Positions 31,074 through 33,963 of a stretch of 33,963 nucleotides of DNA are shown in pieces. The translations under genes were made by a program, and so were the position numbers. Within the stretch, counting starts at the first letter, position 1, and each line of letters starts with the position of its first letter. The stretch is from Campylobacterales bacterium. GTDB taxonomy: Bacteria > Campylobacterota_A > Desulfurellia > JAADFJ01. A model generated the notes under the pieces. The model searched no databases. It worked only from the letters and a program-made list of their open reading frames with translations, and was not told where the DNA came from. The stretch spans positions 1 through 33,963 of the forward strand of contig JALWSW010000235.1 of assembly GCA_027080125.1 (NCBI GenBank), given 5' to 3'.

Positions 31074-31101
31074 ACATTATCAAAAAAATTTTTTTTGTCA
31101 A
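31074..31101 (-). promoter_or_regulatory. Candidate promoter of the atp operon
   Basis: Minus strand TTGACA, 16 bp, TAATGT with TG upstream of the -10. Confidence 0.5.
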
Positions 31102-31134
31102 GAAATTTAAGAATTGAGTATTGTGAGTATAATT

Positions 31135-31560
31135 TTATAGATCTTTATCCTCAAAAAATAACTGACCTATACTTACAGCTTTCAACCTTTCGGCAAACTC
31201 CTCTTCGATCTTGCGCAAAGCGGGTGAAATTTTGCATATCGGATTAAGGGAGCAGATTTGCGGATTCAGGATACATAAGTTCATTGAACGGTATGCCTCC
31301 ATAGCTACCAATATATCATATAAACTTATCTTTTCGGCGGACCTTTTAAGCTTTATACCACCGTTGCGTCCTTTTTGAGAGATAAGAAGATTGTTTAAAA
31401 CGAGTTTGTTTACTATTCTTACCAAAAACGGCTTTGGTATATCAAGCTTTTTTGCTACCTCCGCAGTATGAGAAAGCTCTTTTTTTTTGCCCAGATATGC
31501 AACCAGTCGAATTGCATAATCTGCCTCTCTTGTTACATACGATTTTCTTGTTCTTACCAT
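31135..31560 (-). CDS. Rrf2 family Fe-S transcriptional regulator (NsrR-like ligand pattern)
   Basis: TREADYAIR, wHTH with SQKGRNGG, ISLYDI and C-x6-C-x5-C. Confidence 0.92.
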   Translation of the reverse strand: MVRTRKSYVTREADYAIRLVAYLGKKKELSHTAEVAKKLDIPKPFLVRIVNKLVLNNLLISQKGRNGGIKLKRSAEKISLYDILVAMEAYRSMNLCILNPQICSLNPICKISPALRKIEEEFAERLKAVSIGQLFFEDKDL

Positions 31561-31566
31561 ATTTTG

Positions 31567-31596
31567 TTTATAACATTAAATCTGTCCGTTTGTCAA
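31567..31596 (-). promoter_or_regulatory. Promoter of rrf2
   Basis: Minus strand TTGACA, 18 bp, TATAAA with an extended TG; the -10 ends 6 nt before the ATG. Confidence 0.6.
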
Positions 31597-31636
31597 GTTT
31601 CAATTTCAAAAACTTTTTCATTTTAGGTTTGAGCGC

Positions 31637-31665
31637 TTGACAACCGTATGCGGAGATGATAGAGT
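31637..31665 (+). promoter_or_regulatory. Promoter of the XRE-cupin/oxidoreductase operon
   Basis: TTGACA (31637-31642), 17 bp, TAGAGT (31660-31665) with TG at the extended position; AGGAGG RBS at 31681-31686. Confidence 0.7.
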
Positions 31666-31680
31666 TTAATATCATTAAAC
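31664..31680. promoter_or_regulatory. Palindromic operator candidate
   Basis: GTTTAAT-atc-ATTAAAC, perfect 7-bp arms, overlapping the -10 and the expected start site. Confidence 0.65.
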
Positions 31681-31692
31681 AGGAGGAGAGCT

Positions 31693-32271
31693 ATGAAAAA
31701 CAGTATTGCCGTTGGTGAGAGGGTAAAATATTATAGAAAAAAAAGATCAATGACGATTCAGCAGGTTGCCGAAGCCGCCGGACTGTCAAAAGGTCTGATA
31801 AGCCAGATAGAAAATAAACTTGTTTCACCTCCGATTGCCACACTGTTTAAGATTGCAAATGTTCTTGAGATTCCTATGGCGCAGTTTTTTCAGGACGAGA
31901 CTGCCGTTGCAAACAAGATAGTTGGCGTAAAAGAATCTGAGCGCAAAAAGGTTGATAGAAGAAAACTCTCAGGCGGTATGTCGCTTGGATACAGCTATGA
32001 GTCGCTTGCATGGAAAAAGGCAAAAAAATCTATGGAGCCTTTCGTTGTTACCTTTGAACCTAAAGAGGTTGATGAGGTTATTTACTTCAGTCATCAGGGA
32101 GAGGAGTTTCATTTTGTGCTTGAGGGAAGACTCGAGTTTATAAGCGATGAGGAAAAAATTGTGCTTGAGCAGGGCGATTCGCTTTATTTTGAAGCAGATA
32201 TCAGCCACGGTTTCAGGGCGCTGGATGGAAAACCGGCAAAAACCCTTGCAGTCATACATTCGGATTATTAA
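31693..32271 (+). CDS. XRE-family HTH plus cupin transcriptional regulator
   Basis: MTIQQVAEAAGLSKGLISQIEN..SPPIATL HTH; cupin HQGEEFHFVLEG...GDSLYF....HGF. Confidence 0.93.
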   Translation: MKNSIAVGERVKYYRKKRSMTIQQVAEAAGLSKGLISQIENKLVSPPIATLFKIANVLEIPMAQFFQDETAVANKIVGVKESERKKVDRRKLSGGMSLGYSYESLAWKKAKKSMEPFVVTFEPKEVDEVIYFSHQGEEFHFVLEGRLEFISDEEKIVLEQGDSLYFEADISHGFRALDGKPAKTLAVIHSDY

Positions 32272-32283
32272 GGCGCTTTTTCG

Positions 32284-32823
32284 ATGAAAAACATCAGAAT
32301 TCACGGGAGAGGCGGTCAGGGGGCGGTTTTGGCAAGCAGAATATTGGCTTATGCATATTTTTTGGAAGGAAAATTTTCTCAAAGTTTTCCAACCTATGGT
32401 GCTGAACGAAGAGGCGCTCCGGTAGCGGCATTTGTAAAGGTTGATGATTATTTTATAAACGAAAGATGTCCTGTAAAAGACGCAGATATAGTTTTGGTTC
32501 TTTCTGATACGATTGTAAAACTTGTTGATATAACCGAAGGTACGGGCAAAAACTCGATTATCTTGGTTAATTCTGCAAAAAGCGTCAAAGAGCTTCAACT
32601 GGATACAAATGCAAAGGTTATTACCTACAATATATCAAAAATAGCTGTTGAAAACGGGCTTGGAACACCATCGTTTCCGATTGTAAATATACCGGCGATC
32701 GGAATTATTGGAAAGATTGACAAGATAAGTTTTGAGAGTTTAAAAACCGCTGCCGAAAAATTTGTTCCAACCAATATGGAAGGCAGCGTAAATGCATTAA
32801 AAGCTGCATACAGGAGCATATAA
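32284..32823 (+). CDS. 2-oxoacid:acceptor oxidoreductase gamma subunit (PorC/PadE type)
   Basis: IRIHGRGGQG, FPTYGAERRGAPV, ILVNS and PIVN. Confidence 0.93.
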   Translation: MKNIRIHGRGGQGAVLASRILAYAYFLEGKFSQSFPTYGAERRGAPVAAFVKVDDYFINERCPVKDADIVLVLSDTIVKLVDITEGTGKNSIILVNSAKSVKELQLDTNAKVITYNISKIAVENGLGTPSFPIVNIPAIGIIGKIDKISFESLKTAAEKFVPTNMEGSVNALKAAYRSI

Positions 32824-32824
32824 A

Positions 32825-33963
32825 ATGAGCGAAGCAACAAAACAGGAAGAACTATTGTCTTTTTCCGAATCACCCAGTGTTTACTCAACAACCACTACCG
32901 AAGTAAATATAACCGGATCATGGAGGTTTTTAAGACCTGTATTGGAAGATAATACCGCTCCCTGTTCTGCGGAATGTCCCAGCAGTATAAATATGGCAAG
33001 ATATATGCGTTATCTTGGTGAGGGTGACCTGAAAGCCGCTGTCTCGATTTTAAGAGAGGAAAATCCGATTCCTGCGATTATAGGAAGAGTGTGTCCTGCT
33101 TTCTGCCAGCTAAAATGCAATAGAGGAGAGTTTGATGAACATATTGCAATAAGGCAGATTGAACGCACATTGGGCGATTATTGGCTTGATAATCCTGATG
33201 ATCCACCTGAGATTACAAAAACCGAAAAGATTGCAGTTGTGGGCGCCGGACCTGCGGGAATATCGTGCGCATATTTTTTGGCAAAATTTGGATATGAGGT
33301 AACCATCTATGAAAAAAATGAAAAGATAGGAGGCGTTCTTACATACGGCATTCCTCCGTATCGACTTCCGGCAGATATCAGAGATAGAGAGCTGGCACTT
33401 GTAACCAGAGGAATAAACCTTAAAACAGGTTTCAATATAGCTGAAAAAGAGCTGTACAAAATGACAGAGAAGTATGATGCTGTCTTTTTTGCGCCCGGTT
33501 TATGGAAAGACCGGATTGTTCTTGATGGCATGGGTGTGTATGCCGGAGGCGAAATTCTCAAAGAGATTGCAGAAGGAAAAAGACTTCCAGAAGGTAAAAA
33601 AGCGGTTGTTGTCGGTGCCGGAAATGTTGCGATGGATGTGGCAAGATCGCTTCAGCGTCTTGGCAAAGATGTTCTTATTGTGTGTGCTGAAACAGCCGAG
33701 CAGATGCCGGCTTTTGATGAGGAGATAGAGCAGGCGATTGAAGAGGGCATTAAGATAAGGCACAAAGAACTTCCGGCTGAACTTATCTATGAAGATGCCT
33801 CTGCAATTAAATTATCAAAAATAAGAATGAGCAAAGCTCATATTGAGGGCAGGCGCGTAGTAATCGATAAAGCGCCCGCAGGATTTATTCAGACGGATCT
33901 GCTTGTGTATGCAATAGGGCAAGAGGCTACCTACAGAGCAAAAGAATTGCCGAATCTTTTTAC
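32825..33963 (+). CDS. Fe-S flavoprotein (GltD/NfnB-like) with a PorD-like N-terminus; runs off the window, absent from the ORF track
   Basis: Manual translation from ATG 32825 has no stop: MSEATKQEELLSF...NITGSWRFLRPV...APCSAECP...ENPIPAIIGRVCPAFCQLKCNR...VVGAGPAG...GGVLTYGIPPYRLP...VVVGAGNVAMDVAR...AIGQ. Confidence 0.92.
   Translation, partial: MSEATKQEELLSFSESPSVYSTTTTEVNITGSWRFLRPVLEDNTAPCSAECPSSINMARYMRYLGEGDLKAAVSILREENPIPAIIGRVCPAFCQLKCNRGEFDEHIAIRQIERTLGDYWLDNPDDPPEITKTEKIAVVGAGPAGISCAYFLAKFGYEVTIYEKNEKIGGVLTYGIPPYRLPADIRDRELALVTRGINLKTGFNIAEKELYKMTEKYDAVFFAPGLWKDRIVLDGMGVYAGGEILKEIAEGKRLPEGKKAVVVGAGNVAMDVARSLQRLGKDVLIVCAETAEQMPAFDEEIEQAIEEGIKIRHKELPAELIYEDASAIKLSKIRMSKAHIEGRRVVIDKAPAGFIQTDLLVYAIGQEATYRAKELPNLF

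Noticed and set aside
31969..32598. 209-aa minus-strand ORF
   Set aside because: Antisense shadow of the XRE-cupin and gamma-subunit genes.
33307..33763. Three short ORFs at the right end
   Set aside because: All lie within the real 32825-end reading frame, which the track missed because it has no stop in the window.

Overview
An AT-rich bacterial core-genome window with no prophage, transposase, CRISPR array or defence system. Plus strand: the end of an sdhA-sdhB operon with its terminator, a cluster of decayed palindromic REP-like units, then an overlapping typA-yqgF-mltG-miaB-DUF151-dgt-guaA-phoH-ybeY run. Minus strand: a PlsC-type acyltransferase, tRNA-His(GTG) and tRNA-Lys(CTT), rqcH-cvpA-M23-MATE-pgeF, rpsU, a long atpF'-F-H-A-G-D-C-tolQRAB-pal-cpoB-dxs-PAP2 run and an Rrf2 regulator. 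Divergent from rrf2: an XRE-cupin regulator, a 2-oxoacid oxidoreductase gamma subunit and an Fe-S flavoprotein (32825 to window end) that is missing from the ORF track. The atp-tol linkage without atpB/atpE suggests a deep-branching Campylobacterota such as Desulfurellales (inference). Best leads: (1) a structured leader upstream of the ATP synthase operon resembling a Na+ (DUF1646-type) riboswitch with a competing hairpin; (2) a PorD-like/GltD-like fusion lacking the NADP-binding arginines, behind a palindromic XRE operator; (3) the CGTC-type REP cluster; (4) a probably leaderless NsrR-like rrf2. All calls come from reading motifs by eye; no searches were run.
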